Source: Labrys wisconsinensis
GTDB lineage: Bacteria > Pseudomonadota > Alphaproteobacteria > Rhizobiales > Labraceae
Reading direction: 5' to 3'
Assembly: GCF_030814995.1 (NCBI RefSeq)
Contig: NZ_JAUSVX010000002.1
Location: 637,785 to 701,784 of the forward strand
DNA length: 64,000 nt
Shown: positions 1 to 12,649 of the stretch, piece by piece
How the letters are laid out: every line of letters begins with the position of its first letter
Numbering within the stretch: position 1 is the first letter of the stretch
The notes under the pieces: model-generated
The model's database searches: none
Seen by the model: the letters and a program-made list of their open reading frames with translations, nothing else
Told to the model about the DNA's origin: nothing
Program-made: the position numbers and the translations under genes

Positions 1-639
1 GCGCTCGGAGGGCGAGCGGCCCTCGCGGATGGCGTTGGTGCTGTCGCAGACCAGGGCCAGCACGCCCTCGTCACCGATCGCCTTCAGGCGTGCGCCGTCG
101 GTGAGCGGCGGGATGACAGGCGTCTCGTCGATCTTCCAGTCGCCGGTGTGGATCACCGTGCCGGCCGGCGTGCGGATGGCGAGCGCGTTGGATTCGGGGA
201 TGGAATGGGCGACGTCGATCAGCTCGATGTCGAAGGCGCCTGCCGTGAAGCGGTGACGCGAGGGGATGACACGCACGTCGATCCTCGGCGCGCCGGGCTC
301 GGCCAGGCGCTTGGCCTCGAGCAAGGCGGCGGAGAAGCGCGTGGCATAGACCGGCACTTCCAGCCGCGGCCACAGATGGATCAGCGCGCCGAAATGGTCC
401 TCGTGCGCATGGGTGAGAACGATGCCGACGAGGTTCCTGCGCTCCGCTTCGATGAAGCGCACGTCGGGCATGACGAGGTCGACGCCCGGCACGTCCTCGC
501 CGGCGAAGCTGACGCCGCAGTCCACCATCAGCCATTGGCGCTTCTTCGGCGGGCCATAGCCGTAGAGCGCCATGTTCATGCCGATCTCGCCGATGCCGCC
601 GAGAGCGCAGAAGACCAGTTCCGAAGTATCGCGAGCCAT
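1..639 (-). CDS. rnj: Ribonuclease J (MBL-fold), 5' part only; C-terminus lies beyond the window start
   Basis: Minus-strand translation from the ATG at 639 gives MARDTSELVFCALGGIGEIGMNMALYGYG...VLTHAHEDHFGAL, which is the HxHxDH metallo-beta-lactamase motif of RNase J. High GC3 coding pattern. The ATG overlaps the birA stop (ATGA). The reading frame is still open at nt 1. Confidence 0.8.
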   Translation of the reverse strand, partial: MARDTSELVFCALGGIGEIGMNMALYGYGPPKKRQWLMVDCGVSFAGEDVPGVDLVMPDVRFIEAERRNLVGIVLTHAHEDHFGALIHLWPRLEVPVYATRFSAALLEAKRLAEPGAPRIDVRVIPSRHRFTAGAFDIELIDVAHSIPESNALAIRTPAGTVIHTGDWKIDETPVIPPLTDGARLKAIGDEGVLALVCDSTNAIREGRSPSER

Positions 640-1403
640 CAAGCCGCTCCAGGCGGCACAAGGCCGGGAAAGAAGATCTCGCCGGCCGAGACCGGCCGGC
701 GCTCGCCGGCGCCGTCGCGCAGGATCAGCGAGCCGTCCTCGTCGAGCGCCTCGAAAACCCCGTCGAGCTCGCCCGAGGGCAGGCGCACCAGGATGCGGCG
801 GCCGAGGCCGGCGGCCTGGGCGAGCCAGGCGCTGCGGATGCCGGGAAAGCCCGCGCCCCGGTCCCATTGCTTGAGGCGCCTGGCGAAGCCGTCGGACAGG
901 GCGGCGAACACCTCGCCGGGCGTGGCGGTGTCGGTGGCGGCAAGGTGGGTGGCCGCATAGGGCGTGCCTTCGGGGTGGAAGGCGACGTTGATGCCGCAGC
1001 CGATCACCGCGGCAAAGCCGTCCTGGCCGTGCGCGCCCTCCACCAGGATGCCGGCCACCTTGGCGCCGTAGACCAGGGCGTCGTTCGGCCATTTCAGCGC
1101 CAGGCCGACCGCGGCACGCGGGGCGGCGGCGAAGACCGCATCGGCGACCGCCAGGGCCGCCACGAAGCACAGATCCGCGGCACGGCGCGGCGAGGCCGGA
1201 TCCTTCAGCAGGAGCGAGGCATAGACGTTGCCGGGCGGCGAGGCCCATTCCCGGCCCCGGCGCCCGCGGCCGGCGAACTGCTCGTCCGCCGTGACCCAGA
1301 GCCGGTCCTCGGCGCGCGCCAAGGCCTCGGCATTGGTCGAGCCGATGCTGGGCAGGTGGACGTGCCGGAATCCCGCGGCGCGGGCCTGCTGGCCGAGCCT
1401 CAT
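639..1403 (-). CDS. birA: Biotin--[acetyl-CoA-carboxylase] ligase
   Basis: 254-aa product MRLGQQARAAGFRHVHLPSIGSTNAEA...ALKWPNDALVYGAKVAGILVE, with BirA catalytic-domain motifs. The true start is inside a longer stop-to-stop ORF (track 639..2228). Located immediately downstream of nuoN, as is typical in alphaproteobacteria. Confidence 0.85.
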   Translation of the reverse strand: MRLGQQARAAGFRHVHLPSIGSTNAEALARAEDRLWVTADEQFAGRGRRGREWASPPGNVYASLLLKDPASPRRAADLCFVAALAVADAVFAAAPRAAVGLALKWPNDALVYGAKVAGILVEGAHGQDGFAAVIGCGINVAFHPEGTPYAATHLAATDTATPGEVFAALSDGFARRLKQWDRGAGFPGIRSAWLAQAAGLGRRILVRLPSGELDGVFEALDEDGSLILRDGAGERRPVSAGEIFFPGLVPPGAA

Positions 1404-1468
1404 GATGGCAGGGGCCGGGCGGCCCTGCCGGGCGGAACGAGGGGTAAGCGATGCATCCCCATCCGATA

Positions 1469-2902
1469 TCAGAACAGCGCCTTGGCGGCTACCGCGGCAG
1501 GGGCCGTGATCAGCGACGGCCAGACGACGAACAGGACGGTCACGGCCGTGGCGATGGCCAGCACCACCGAGGTGGTGCGGCTCATCGGCTCGAAGCCGGG
1601 CGCAGGCTCGTCGAAATACATCAGCTTGACGATGCGCAGATAGTAATAGGCGCCGACCACGCTGGCGACGACGCCCAGCACCGCCAGCCAGTAGAGGCCG
1701 GCCTGCACCGCGGCGGCGAAGACGTAGAACTTGGCGAAGAAGCCGGCGAGCGGCGGGATGCCGGCGAGGGAGAACATCAGCGCCGCCAGCGCGAAGGCCA
1801 TGCCCGGGCTGGTGCGCGACAGGCCGGCAAGGTCGTCGATCGTCTCGATGAAGGCGCCTCCGCGCTTCATCGACAGGATCACGGCGAAGGTGCCGAGGGT
1901 CATGGCCAGATACAGCGCCATGTAGATCATGACGCCGCTCACCCCCTGCTCGGTGCCGGCGGCGAGGCCCACCAGGGCGAAGCCCATATGGCCGATCGAG
2001 GAATAGGCCATCAGCCGCTTGATGTTGGTCTGGCCGATGGCGGCGAAGGCGCCGAGCGCCATGGAGGCGATCGAGATGAAGACGACGATCTGCTGCCACT
2101 GCGCCAGGGCGGAGGGGAAGGAGGTGATGACGACGCGCACCAGCAGGCCCATCGCCGCCATCTTCGGGGCGGCGGCGAAGAAGGCGGTGACCGGCGTCGG
2201 CGCGCCTTCGTAGACGTCGGGCGTCCACATGTGGAACGGCACGGCCGAGATCTTGAAGGCGAGGCCGGCGAGCAGGAAGACGATGCCGAAGACGAGGCCG
2301 ATCGAGACCTGGCCATGGATGGCCGCGGCGATGCCGGCATAGGCGATGGTGCCGGAGAAGCCGTAGATCAGCGAGCAGCCATAGAGCAGCATGCCGGAGG
2401 ACAGTGCGCCGAGCACGAAATATTTCAGGCCCGCCTCGGTCGAGCGGGTGTCGTCGCGATGGATCGAGGCGACGACGTAGAGCGCCAGCGACTGCAGCTC
2501 CAGGCCGAGATAAAGCGTGATGAGGTCGCCGGACGACAGCATGATCATCATGCCCGTCGTCGCCAGCAGGATCAGCACGGGATATTCGAAGCGCTCGATG
2601 CGCTTGGCCTGGAGATAGTCGAGCGAGAGCAGGATGGCCGCGCCCGAGCCGATCAGCGTCACCAGCTTGGTGAAGCGGGCGAAGCCGTCGACCACGAAGG
2701 AGCCGCCGAAGGTCACCACCCGGTCCGACCCGCTGAAATAGGCGATCCCGATTCCGACCGCGACGATCAACGCCACCGCGACGTAGGAGACGGGGCGCAT
2801 CGAGCCTTCGCCGGCGAAGACGCCGTACATCAACAGCCCGATCGCGCCGACGACCAGCAGGATCTCCGGGATAGCGGGGGCGAAATCGGGAACGGGGAAC
2901 AT
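1469..2902 (-). CDS. nuoN: NADH-quinone oxidoreductase subunit N
   Basis: 477-aa polytopic membrane protein [31 protein letters not shown]..., antiporter-like NuoN family. Last gene of the nuo operon. Confidence 0.95.
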   Translation of the reverse strand: MFPVPDFAPAIPEILLVVGAIGLLMYGVFAGEGSMRPVSYVAVALIVAVGIGIAYFSGSDRVVTFGGSFVVDGFARFTKLVTLIGSGAAILLSLDYLQAKRIERFEYPVLILLATTGMMIMLSSGDLITLYLGLELQSLALYVVASIHRDDTRSTEAGLKYFVLGALSSGMLLYGCSLIYGFSGTIAYAGIAAAIHGQVSIGLVFGIVFLLAGLAFKISAVPFHMWTPDVYEGAPTPVTAFFAAAPKMAAMGLLVRVVITSFPSALAQWQQIVVFISIASMALGAFAAIGQTNIKRLMAYSSIGHMGFALVGLAAGTEQGVSGVMIYMALYLAMTLGTFAVILSMKRGGAFIETIDDLAGLSRTSPGMAFALAALMFSLAGIPPLAGFFAKFYVFAAAVQAGLYWLAVLGVVASVVGAYYYLRIVKLMYFDEPAPGFEPMSRTTSVVLAIATAVTVLFVVWPSLITAPAAVAAKALF

Positions 2903-2918
2903 GGGTTCGCCTTATGCG

Positions 2919-4433
2919 CTAGTTGAGCGCCAGCGTGGCGGTCTTCGCCATCGCCAGGGCCGCGTCGAAGTTCTTGATCAGGGCTGAGACGGCCGCATCG
3001 GTCATGCCGAGGATCGGCTGGGGATAGACGCCGAAGAACACGGTCAGCACCACCAGCGGGATCAGGATGCGGAACTCGCGGCCGGTGAGATCGGCGATGT
3101 GCATGAGGCTCGGCTTCTCCAGGGCGCCGAAGATGACGCGGCGGTAGAGCCAGAGCGCGTAGCAGGCCGAGAGGATCACGCCGAACGTGGCGAAGAAGGC
3201 GACCCAGGTGTTGGTCCGGAAGGCGCCCATCAGCGTCAGGAACTCGCCGACGAAGCCGGACGTGCCGGGCAGGCCGACATTGGCCATGGTGAACACCATG
3301 AGCACCATCGCGTACCACGGCATGCGGTTGACCAGCCCGCCATAGGCGGCGATCTCGCGGGTGTGCATGCGGTCGTAGACGACGCCGACGCACAGGAACA
3401 GCGCGCCCGAGACGATGCCGTGCGAGATCATCTGGAAGATCGCGCCCTGCACGCCCTGGGCCGTCATGGTGAACAGGCCCATGGTGACGAAGCCCATATG
3501 GGCGACGGAGGAATAGGCGATCAGCTTCTTGATGTCCTCCTGCATCAGCGCCACCAGCGAGGTGTAGACGATGGCGACGACGGACAGGACGAAGACCAGC
3601 GGCGCGAAATAGTGCGAGGCCTCGGGGAACATCGGCAGGGAGAAGCGGATGAAGCCGTAGCCGCCCATCTTCAGGAGCACGCCGGCCAGGATGACCGAGC
3701 CTGCGGTCGGCGCCTCGACATGGGCGTCGGGCAGCCAGGTGTGCACCGGCCACATCGGCATCTTCACCGCGAAGGAGGCGAAGAAGGCCAGCCACAGATA
3801 GGTCTGCATGTGCGGCGGGAACTTGAAGGTCAGCAGCGTGGCGATGTCCATCGTGCCGGCCTGCCAGTACATCGCCATGATGGCGATCAGCATCAGCACC
3901 GAGCCGAGCAGGGTGTAGAGGAAGAACTTGAAGCTGGCATAGATGCGCCGCGCCCCGCCCCAGATGCCGATGATCAGGAACATCGGGATCAGGCCGCCCT
4001 CGAAGAAGACGTAGAACAGCATCAGGTCGGTGGCGCAGAACACGCCGACCATCAGCGTCTCCAGCACCAGGAAGGCGATCATATATTCGCGCACCCGGGT
4101 CTGGATCGAGCGCCAGCTCGCCGCGATGCAGAACGGCATCAGGAAGGTGGTGAGGATGACGAAGGGCAGCGAGATGCCGTCGACGCCCATGCGGTAGCCG
4201 ATCTGGCCGCCGAGCCAGTCATGGCTTTCGGTGAACTGGAAGCCGGTGTTGGCCGGGTCGAAGGCGAACAGCGGATAGAGCGAGACGATGAAGGTGGCGA
4301 GCGTCGTCCAGAACGCACCCCAGCGCGCATTGTTCTTCACCGTCTCGGCATCGCCGCGCGCCATGAAATAGATCAGCGCGGCGCCGAGCAGCGGCAGGAA
4401 GGTGATGATCGAAAGCATCGGCCAGCTCGACAT
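2919..4433 (-). CDS. nuoM: NADH-quinone oxidoreductase subunit M
   Basis: Product starts [23 protein letters not shown].... The ORF-track entry (2919..4616) extends upstream; the true ATG at 4433 overlaps the nuoL stop (ATGA). Antiporter-like subunit. Confidence 0.95.
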   Translation of the reverse strand: MSSWPMLSIITFLPLLGAALIYFMARGDAETVKNNARWGAFWTTLATFIVSLYPLFAFDPANTGFQFTESHDWLGGQIGYRMGVDGISLPFVILTTFLMPFCIAASWRSIQTRVREYMIAFLVLETLMVGVFCATDLMLFYVFFEGGLIPMFLIIGIWGGARRIYASFKFFLYTLLGSVLMLIAIMAMYWQAGTMDIATLLTFKFPPHMQTYLWLAFFASFAVKMPMWPVHTWLPDAHVEAPTAGSVILAGVLLKMGGYGFIRFSLPMFPEASHYFAPLVFVLSVVAIVYTSLVALMQEDIKKLIAYSSVAHMGFVTMGLFTMTAQGVQGAIFQMISHGIVSGALFLCVGVVYDRMHTREIAAYGGLVNRMPWYAMVLMVFTMANVGLPGTSGFVGEFLTLMGAFRTNTWVAFFATFGVILSACYALWLYRRVIFGALEKPSLMHIADLTGREFRILIPLVVLTVFFGVYPQPILGMTDAAVSALIKNFDAALAMAKTATLALN

Positions 4434-6553
4434 CAGTGCAGGCCCCCGAACATGTACCAGGTGAAGAGCGCCGCGACGCCGATCAGCATCGTGAAGGCAT
4501 AGTGGTAGAGGTAGCCCGACTGCAGCTTGACGACGCGGTTGGTGACGTCGACCACGCGGGCCGAGACGCCGTCCGGCCCGAGGCCGTCGATGGTCCAGCC
4601 GTCGCCCTTCTTCCACAGGAAGCGGCCGAGCCGCATGGCCGGGCGGACGAGCAGCCAGTCATAGAGCTCGTCGAAGTACCACTTGTTGAGCAGGAAGCGA
4701 TAGAGGAACGGGTTCTGCTCGGCGAGGGCAACCGGCACCCTGGGGTCACGGATATACATGTACCAGGCGGTGGCGAAGCCGATCAGCATCATCACGAAGG
4801 GCGAGAGCTTCACCCACCACGGCACCTCCTCCATGGCGGTGAGCACGTGGTTGTCGGGGCGCATGACGATCGCCTCGCGCCAGAAGCTCTCCATACCCTC
4901 GTGGGTGGCGAACCAAGGGTGGAACACCATGCCCGCCAGCACCGCGCCGACCGCCAGCACCATCAGCGGGATGGTCATGGTGCGCGGCGATTCCTCGGCA
5001 TGGGCGTAGGTGTGGGCGTCGGCCCGGGTCTCACCGTGGAAGGTCATGAACACCAGGCGCCAGGAATAGAACGAGGTCATCAGCGCCGCGACGACGATGG
5101 CGGCGAAGGCGTAGATGCCGATGACGCTGCCATGCTCGGTGAAGGAGGCATAGGCCGCCTCGATGATCCCGTCCTTGGAGTTGAAGCCGGCAAAGCCGAT
5201 CTGGGTGAAGGGTATGCCGACGCCGGTCAGGGCCAGCGTGCCGATGGTCATCATCCAGTAGGTCAGCGGGATCTTGGCGGCCAGGCCGCCCATCTTGCGC
5301 ATGTCCTGCTCGTGATGCATCGCGTGGATGACCGAGCCGGCCCCCAGGAACAGCAGAGCCTTGAAGAAGGCGTGCGTGAAGAGGTGGAAGATCGCCACAT
5401 TGTAGGCGCCGACGCCGAGCGCCACGAACATGTAGCCGAGCTGCGAGCAGGTGGAATAGGCGATGACGCGCTTGATGTCGTTCTGCACCAGGCCGACGGT
5501 CGCGGCGAAGAAGGCAGTCGTGCCGCCGATCAGCGTGACGAAGGCGAGCGCGTGCGGCGCGTACTCGAACAGCGGCGACAGGCGCGCCACCATCACCACG
5601 CCGGCGGTGACCATGGTGGCGGCGTGGATCAGAGCCGAGACCGGGGTCGGGCCTTCCATCGCGTCCGGCAGCCAGGTGTGCAGCAGGAACTGCGCCGACT
5701 TGCCCATGGCGCCCATGAACAGGAGGAAGCAGGCGACCTCGAGCGCCGGCCAGTCATGGCCGAGGAAATGGATGGTGGCCGCCGCCTTCTCCGGCGCGGC
5801 GTGGAAGATGTCCTCGAAGCCGATCGAGCCGAAGATGACGAAGACCGCGAAGATGCCGAGCGCGAAGCCGAAGTCGCCGACGCGGTTGACCACGAAGGCC
5901 TTGATCGCCGCGGCATTGGCCGAGGGCCGCTTGTACCAGAAGCCGATCAAGAGGTAGCTGGCGAGGCCGACGCCTTCCCAGCCGAAGAACATCTGCACCA
6001 GATTGTCCGCCGTCACCAGCATCAGCATGGCGAAGGTGAACAGCGAGAGATAGGCGAAGAAGCGCGGCCGGTGCGGATCGTCCTCCATGTAGCCGATGGA
6101 GTAGTAGTGCACGAGCATCGACACCGTCGTCACGACGACCAGCATGACCGCGGTCAGCGTGTCGATGCGCAGGGCCCAGTCGGCATGCAGGGCGTCGACG
6201 TTGATCCAGGTGAGCACCGGCGCCAGCGTCGCGTTGCCGAAGAAGCCGACCGAGAAGAAGGCGTACCAGGAGAGCAGGCAGGACACCGCCAGCAGCCCGG
6301 TGGTGACGTATTCGCAGAACTGGATCTTGGTCGGCGAATGGGGCGAAGGCTCGGGCGCATGATGGTCGTCATGCGCGTCGTGCCCGTGCGCCTCGCTGGC
6401 GTGCGCATGGCCGCCATGGGCATCCGGCGCGCCGTGGTCGTCGTGGCCATGGCCGTCCGCGGCGTCGGCCGGGGCGAGCTTGTGCGAGAGCATGCCGGCG
6501 ATGCCGGCGATCAGGAAGCCGAGGAGCGGCAGGAAGACGATCAGACTGTACAC
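4433..6553 (-). CDS. nuoL: NADH-quinone oxidoreductase subunit L, with an unusual His/Asp-rich insertion after TM1
   Basis: 706 aa: [90 protein letters not shown].... The remainder is a canonical NuoL antiporter-like subunit with the long C-terminal helix region. Confidence 0.95.
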   Translation of the reverse strand: MYSLIVFLPLLGFLIAGIAGMLSHKLAPADAADGHGHDDHGAPDAHGGHAHASEAHGHDAHDDHHAPEPSPHSPTKIQFCEYVTTGLLAVSCLLSWYAFFSVGFFGNATLAPVLTWINVDALHADWALRIDTLTAVMLVVVTTVSMLVHYYSIGYMEDDPHRPRFFAYLSLFTFAMLMLVTADNLVQMFFGWEGVGLASYLLIGFWYKRPSANAAAIKAFVVNRVGDFGFALGIFAVFVIFGSIGFEDIFHAAPEKAAATIHFLGHDWPALEVACFLLFMGAMGKSAQFLLHTWLPDAMEGPTPVSALIHAATMVTAGVVMVARLSPLFEYAPHALAFVTLIGGTTAFFAATVGLVQNDIKRVIAYSTCSQLGYMFVALGVGAYNVAIFHLFTHAFFKALLFLGAGSVIHAMHHEQDMRKMGGLAAKIPLTYWMMTIGTLALTGVGIPFTQIGFAGFNSKDGIIEAAYASFTEHGSVIGIYAFAAIVVAALMTSFYSWRLVFMTFHGETRADAHTYAHAEESPRTMTIPLMVLAVGAVLAGMVFHPWFATHEGMESFWREAIVMRPDNHVLTAMEEVPWWVKLSPFVMMLIGFATAWYMYIRDPRVPVALAEQNPFLYRFLLNKWYFDELYDWLLVRPAMRLGRFLWKKGDGWTIDGLGPDGVSARVVDVTNRVVKLQSGYLYHYAFTMLIGVAALFTWYMFGGLH

Positions 6554-6557
6554 GTCC

Positions 6558-6866
6558 TCAGCCCTTCATCATGTTGATGTCTTCGACCGCGATCGAGCCG
6601 CGGTTGCGGAAGAACGCCACCAGGATCGCCAGCCCGATCGCCGCCTCGGCGGCGGCCACGGTCAGCACGAGCAGGGCGAAGACCTGGCCGACGATGTCGC
6701 CGAGATGGGTGGAGAAGGCGACGAAGTTGATGTTGACCGCGAGCAGGATCAGCTCGACCGACATCAGGATGACGATGACGTTCTTGCGGTTGATGAAGAT
6801 CCCGAACACGCCGATGGTGAACAGGATGGCGGCGACCGCCAGGTAGTGGGAAATGCCGATGCTCAT
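6558..6866 (-). CDS. nuoK: NADH-quinone oxidoreductase subunit K
   Basis: 102 aa, [51 protein letters not shown]..., three TM helices. Confidence 0.95.
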   Translation of the reverse strand: MSIGISHYLAVAAILFTIGVFGIFINRKNVIVILMSVELILLAVNINFVAFSTHLGDIVGQVFALLVLTVAAAEAAIGLAILVAFFRNRGSIAVEDINMMKG

Positions 6867-6868
6867 GT

Positions 6869-7477
6869 TCAGATCCCCTGACCCGGCTGCACCTTGACCA
6901 CTTCCATGGCCTGCGCCTTGGTGCGGGCCGACTGCGCGCCCGGATCCTGGCGCTTGACGCCGACCTTGTGGCGCAGCGTCAGCACGATCGCGCCGACCAT
7001 CGCCACCAGCAGCACCAGGCCCGAGAGCTGGAAGTAGAGGACATATTTCGTATAGAGCACCTGGCCGAGGGCCACGGTGTTGGTGACGCTGGTGTCGATC
7101 GGCACCACGGGCTTGGCCACGAGATCCGGCGAGATCACCCAGGCGGTGACGACCAGCAGCAGCTCGGCCAGCACGATCACGCCGACCAGGGCGCCGATGG
7201 GCAGATATTGCAGGAAGCCCTGGCGCAGCTCGGCGAAGTCGACGTCGAGCATCATCACCACGAACAGGAACAGCACCGCCACCGCGCCGACATAGACGAC
7301 GACCAGGATCATCGCCAGGAACTCCGCCCCCATCAGCACGAACAGGCCGGCGGCGTTGACGAAGGTCAGGATCAGATACAGCACCGAGTGCACGGGATTG
7401 CGCGAGGCGATGACCATGAAGGCCGACGCCACACCGATCAGGGCGAACAGGTAGAAGAAGACCGCCGCCAAATTCAT
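6869..7477 (-). CDS. nuoJ: NADH-quinone oxidoreductase subunit J
   Basis: 202-aa membrane protein [39 protein letters not shown].... Confidence 0.95.
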   Translation of the reverse strand: MNLAAVFFYLFALIGVASAFMVIASRNPVHSVLYLILTFVNAAGLFVLMGAEFLAMILVVVYVGAVAVLFLFVVMMLDVDFAELRQGFLQYLPIGALVGVIVLAELLLVVTAWVISPDLVAKPVVPIDTSVTNTVALGQVLYTKYVLYFQLSGLVLLVAMVGAIVLTLRHKVGVKRQDPGAQSARTKAQAMEVVKVQPGQGI

Positions 7478-7553
7478 GCTCTGACCCCTTCCGGCGCGAT
7501 CCTCGCGCCGCCTTTCCGGCTTCGTCTTCTGCCGCTCGTCCGGTCCCGCCGCC

Positions 7554-8048
7554 TCAACGGTAGGGCGCGTCCAGAGCGATGTTCTTGGCGATCTCGCGTT
7601 CCCAGCGGTCGCCGTTGGCGAGCAGCCGCTCCTTGTCGTAGAACAGCTCCTCGCGCGTCTCGACCGCGAACTCGAAATTCGGCCCCTCGACGATGGCGTC
7701 GACCGGGCAGGCTTCCTGGCAGAAGCCGCAATAGATGCACTTCACCATGTCGATGTCGTAGCGCGTGGTGCGGCGCGTGCCGTCGTTGCGGCGCGGGCCG
7801 GCCTCGATGGTGATGGCCTGCGCCGGGCAGATCGCCTCGCACAGCTTGCAGGCGATGCAGCGCTCTTCGCCGTTGGGATAGCGGCGCAGCGCATGCTCAC
7901 CGCGGAAGCGCGGCGACAGCCGGCCCTTCTCGAAGGGATAGTTCAGCGTCGCCTTCGGCTTGAAGAAGTAGCGCATCGACAGGAAGAAGGCCGAGACGAA
8001 CTCCTTGAGGAAGAGCGCGCGGGCCGCTTGCACAACACCAGCACTCAT
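7554..8048 (-). CDS. nuoI: NADH-quinone oxidoreductase subunit I (2x[4Fe-4S] ferredoxin-like)
   Basis: 164 aa, [40 protein letters not shown], with two CxxCxxCxxxCP motifs ([24 protein letters not shown]). The start at 8048 was derived from the C-terminal part of the long track ORF 7554..9149. ATGA overlap with the nuoH stop. Confidence 0.95.
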   Translation of the reverse strand: MSAGVVQAARALFLKEFVSAFFLSMRYFFKPKATLNYPFEKGRLSPRFRGEHALRRYPNGEERCIACKLCEAICPAQAITIEAGPRRNDGTRRTTRYDIDMVKCIYCGFCQEACPVDAIVEGPNFEFAVETREELFYDKERLLANGDRWEREIAKNIALDAPYR

Positions 8049-9094
8049 GGCGCCCATCCCGTGATCTGCAGAAAGCCGGCCACGATCACGACCATCGCGA
8101 TCGACAGCGGCAGGAACACCTTCCAGCCGAGCCGCATCAGCTGGTCGTAGCGGTAGCGCGGCACGAAGGCCTTCACCATGGCGAACATGAAGAAGACCAG
8201 CGTCACCTTGACGACGAACCAGATCACGCCCGGGATCCAGGTGAAGGGCGGGAAGCCGAGCGGCGAGGACCAGCCGCCGAGGAACAGGATCGTCGTGAGG
8301 GCGCACATGGTCATGATCGCCACGTATTCGCCCAGCATGAACATCATGTACGGCGTCGAGCCGTACTCGACCATGAAGCCGGCGACGAGCTCGGATTCGG
8401 CCTCGGCCAGGTCGAAGGGCGGCCGGTTCGTCTCGGCGAGCGCCGAGATGAAGAAGATCACGAACATCGGGAACAGCGGCAGCCAGTACCAGTTCAGGAA
8501 GGTCAGCCACGGCAGGCCGATCAGGCTGGCGAGGCCGCGCTGCTCCTGGGCGTGGACGATGGCGCTGAGGTTCAGCGAGCCGGCGCAGAGCAGCACGGTG
8601 ATGATGACGAAGCCGATCGAGACCTCGTAGGACACCATCTGCGCCGCAGCGCGCAGGGCCGAGAGGAACGGATATTTCGAGTTCGACGCCCAGCCGGCCA
8701 TGATCGTGCCGTAGACGCCGAGCGAGGAGATGGCGAAGATGTAGAGGATGCCGACATTGATGTCGGCCACCATCCAGCCCTGGGCCAGCGGCATCACCGC
8801 CCAGGCCGACAGCGCCAGGAGGCAGGTGACGAAGGGCGCCAGCAGGAACACGCCCTTGTTGGCGCCGGAGGGGATCACCGGCTCCTTCAGCACGAATTTC
8901 AAGAGGTCGGCGAAGGACTGGAACAGGCCGAAGGGCCCGACCACGTTGGGGCCGCGGCGCAGCTGCACCGCCGCCCAGATCTTGCGGTCGGCCAAGAGGA
9001 TATAGGCGACGAACAGCAGGAGGCAGACCAGCAGCACCACGCTCTGCAGCGCGATGATGACGAGGTGGAGGAGGAGGTCGGTCCAGTTGGTCAT
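8045..9094 (-). CDS. nuoH: NADH-quinone oxidoreductase subunit H
   Basis: 349-aa membrane protein [66 protein letters not shown], which is a NuoH/ND1 signature. Confidence 0.95.
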   Translation of the reverse strand: MTNWTDLLLHLVIIALQSVVLLVCLLLFVAYILLADRKIWAAVQLRRGPNVVGPFGLFQSFADLLKFVLKEPVIPSGANKGVFLLAPFVTCLLALSAWAVMPLAQGWMVADINVGILYIFAISSLGVYGTIMAGWASNSKYPFLSALRAAAQMVSYEVSIGFVIITVLLCAGSLNLSAIVHAQEQRGLASLIGLPWLTFLNWYWLPLFPMFVIFFISALAETNRPPFDLAEAESELVAGFMVEYGSTPYMMFMLGEYVAIMTMCALTTILFLGGWSSPLGFPPFTWIPGVIWFVVKVTLVFFMFAMVKAFVPRYRYDQLMRLGWKVFLPLSIAMVVIVAGFLQITGWAP

Positions 9095-9103
9095 GGCGCT
9101 CCC

Positions 9104-11167
9104 CTACTCCGCCGCCATCGCCAGGGCGCCGGAGGCGAGCGCCGAGCACTCGGCCATCACGGCGGATGCGCGCGCGATCGGGTTGGTCAGGTAGAAATCC
9201 GGGATGGTGGAGACGAAGCCCGCCTTGTCGGGCGCGCCGCCGAGGCCGGCGAGCGCCGGAATCGCCGCGGCGTCGGCGGGGGCGACGGCATCGATGGCGG
9301 CGAGGTGCGGGACGGCCGCATACAGCGCCGCGCGCAGCGCGCCGAGGCTGTCATAGGGCAGCCGGGCACTGAGCGCGTCGGAGAGGGCGCGCAGGATGGC
9401 CCAGTCCTCGCGGGCATCGCCCGGCGGGAAGGCGGCGCGGTTGGCGAACTGCACCCGGCCCTCGGTGTTCACATAGGTGCCGGACTTCTCCGTATAGGCC
9501 GCGCCTGGCAGGATCACGTCCGCCCGGTGCGCGCCCTTGTCGCCATGGGTGCCCTGGTAGACCACGAAGGCGCCGGGCTCGACGTCGATCTCGTCGGCGC
9601 CGAGCAGGAACAGCACGTCGAGGGCGCCGGCCCTGGCCATGGCCGCCGCGTCGAGCCCGCCCTCCCCCGGCACGAAGCCGAGGTCGAGGCCGCCGACCCG
9701 GGCGGCGGCGGTGTGCAGCACGGAGAAGCCGTTCCAGCCCTCCTTGACGGCGCCGGCGGCGAGCGCCGCCTTGGCCGCCAGGGCGAGCACCGCCTGGCCG
9801 TCGGGCCGGGCGAGCGCCCCCTGCCCGATCAGCCAGAGCGGCTTCTGCAGGCCGGCCGGCGGATTGTCGACCAGGCCCGCCAAGGTCTCCGGCCCCGCGC
9901 CGAGATACTCGTGGTCGTAGGTCAGGTCGGCGCGCTCGCCGATCAGGACGACCTTGAAGTTGCCCTTCAGCCAGCGCTTGCGGATGCGGGCGTTGAGCAC
10001 CGGCGCCTCGCGGCGCGGATTGGCGCCGACGATCACCAGGCCGTCGGCCTGCTCGATGCCGGCGATGCCGGCGTTGAAGAGGTAGGAGGCGCGGCCGAGC
10101 TTCGGGTCGAGCCTAGTGCCGTCCTGGCGGCAATCGAGGCTCTTCGAGCCGAGCCTGCCGAGGAGCGCCTGCAGCGCGAACATCTCCTCGACCGAGGCGA
10201 GGTCGCCGGCGATGGCGCCGATGCGCTCGGGCCTGGTCGCCTTGACCTTGGCCGCGATGGCGGCGAAGGCCTCCGCCCAGCTCGCCGGCCGCAGGCGGCC
10301 GTCGACGCGCAGATAGGGCTGGTCGAGGCGCTGGGTGCGCAGCCCGTCCCAGACGAAGCGGGTCTTGTCGGAGATCCACTCCTCGTTCACCGCCTCGTTG
10401 ATGCGCGGCACGATGCGCATGACCTCGCGGCCGCGGGCATCGACCCGGATGTTGGAGCCGACCGCGTCCATCACGTCGATGGATTCGGTCTTGATCAGCT
10501 CCCAGGGGCGGGCGTGGAATTCGTAGGGCTTCGACGTCAGCGCCCCGACGGGGCAGAGATCGATGACGTTGCCCTGGAGCTCGGACGACATCGCCCGCTC
10601 CAGATAGGTGGTGATCTCCATGTCCTCGCCGCGGCCGATGGCGCCGAGCTCGGAGACACCCGCGACCTCGGTGGTGAAGCGCACGCACCTCGTGCAGTGG
10701 ATGCAGCGGTTCATCACCGTCTTGACCAGCGGGCCGATATACTTGTCCTCGACGGCGCGCTTGTTCTCGGCATAGCGGTTCTTGTCCGCGCCGTAGGCCA
10801 TGGCCTGGTCCTGCAGGTCGCACTCGCCGCCCTGGTCGCAGATCGGGCAGTCCAGCGGGTGGTTGATGAGCAGGAACTCCATCACCCCTTCGCGCGCCTT
10901 CTTGACCATCGGGCTCTTGGTCATGATGACCGGCGGCTCGCCGTTCGGGCCCGGGCGCAGGTCGCGCACCGCCATGGCGCAGGAGGCCGTGGGCTTGGGC
11001 GGACCGCCCTTCACCTCGACCAGGCACATCCGGCAATTGCCGGCGATGGACAGGCGGTCATGGAAGCAGAAGCGCGGAATCTCCGCCCCCGCGGCCTCGC
11101 AGGCCTGGAGGAGCGTGTACTCCGCCGGGACCTCGATTTCCTGTCCGTCGACGATGAGCTTGGCCAT
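9104..11167 (-). CDS. nuoG: NADH-quinone oxidoreductase subunit G (75 kDa Fe-S subunit)
   Basis: 687 aa, [52 protein letters not shown], with an N-terminal 2Fe-2S region and 4Fe-4S cysteine clusters. Confidence 0.95.
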   Translation of the reverse strand: MAKLIVDGQEIEVPAEYTLLQACEAAGAEIPRFCFHDRLSIAGNCRMCLVEVKGGPPKPTASCAMAVRDLRPGPNGEPPVIMTKSPMVKKAREGVMEFLLINHPLDCPICDQGGECDLQDQAMAYGADKNRYAENKRAVEDKYIGPLVKTVMNRCIHCTRCVRFTTEVAGVSELGAIGRGEDMEITTYLERAMSSELQGNVIDLCPVGALTSKPYEFHARPWELIKTESIDVMDAVGSNIRVDARGREVMRIVPRINEAVNEEWISDKTRFVWDGLRTQRLDQPYLRVDGRLRPASWAEAFAAIAAKVKATRPERIGAIAGDLASVEEMFALQALLGRLGSKSLDCRQDGTRLDPKLGRASYLFNAGIAGIEQADGLVIVGANPRREAPVLNARIRKRWLKGNFKVVLIGERADLTYDHEYLGAGPETLAGLVDNPPAGLQKPLWLIGQGALARPDGQAVLALAAKAALAAGAVKEGWNGFSVLHTAAARVGGLDLGFVPGEGGLDAAAMARAGALDVLFLLGADEIDVEPGAFVVYQGTHGDKGAHRADVILPGAAYTEKSGTYVNTEGRVQFANRAAFPPGDAREDWAILRALSDALSARLPYDSLGALRAALYAAVPHLAAIDAVAPADAAAIPALAGLGGAPDKAGFVSTIPDFYLTNPIARASAVMAECSALASGALAMAAE

Positions 11168-11301
11168 GGAGAACCTTGCATTCGGACCGGGTCGGCGCAG
11201 CCCTGGGCGGCAGGCGCGAACCAGACTCTTTCTAAACTCGACTTCGCAAAATTCCGCGCTGCGATCAACTGCTGCAGCGCGAAATCAGGGCGGCCCGCCG
11301 G

Positions 11302-11320
11302 GCCGGAAACGTTTGCCGGC
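11302..11320. promoter_or_regulatory. Near-palindrome GCCGGAAACGTTTGCCGGC in the 170-nt nuoG-nuoF intergenic spacer
   Basis: Seen directly. The arms GCCGGAAACG and CGTTTGCCGGC are imperfect (one extra base) around an AAACGTTT core. It sits inside the operon between two cotranscribed genes. Confidence 0.3.
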
Positions 11321-11338
11321 AAACCCGCCGGCTCATGC

Positions 11339-12640
<1,302 letters not shown>

Positions 12641-12649
12641 GGCTTCGCC

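Noticed and set aside
71-960. ORFs 71..661 (-), 148..960 (+), 572..874 (+), 725..958 (-)
   Set aside because: Alternative frames overlapping rnj and birA with Arg/Pro-rich composition typical of spurious GC-rich ORFs. The in-frame minus-strand reading gives RNase J with its HAHEDH motif instead.
1451-6577. Long plus-strand ORFs 1451..2926 (491 aa), 3099..4502 (467 aa) and 4436..6577 (713 aa)
   Set aside because: Antisense shadows of nuoN, nuoM and nuoL. The products are His/Arg/Asp/Gly-rich nonsense, and the opposite strand encodes textbook complex I subunits.
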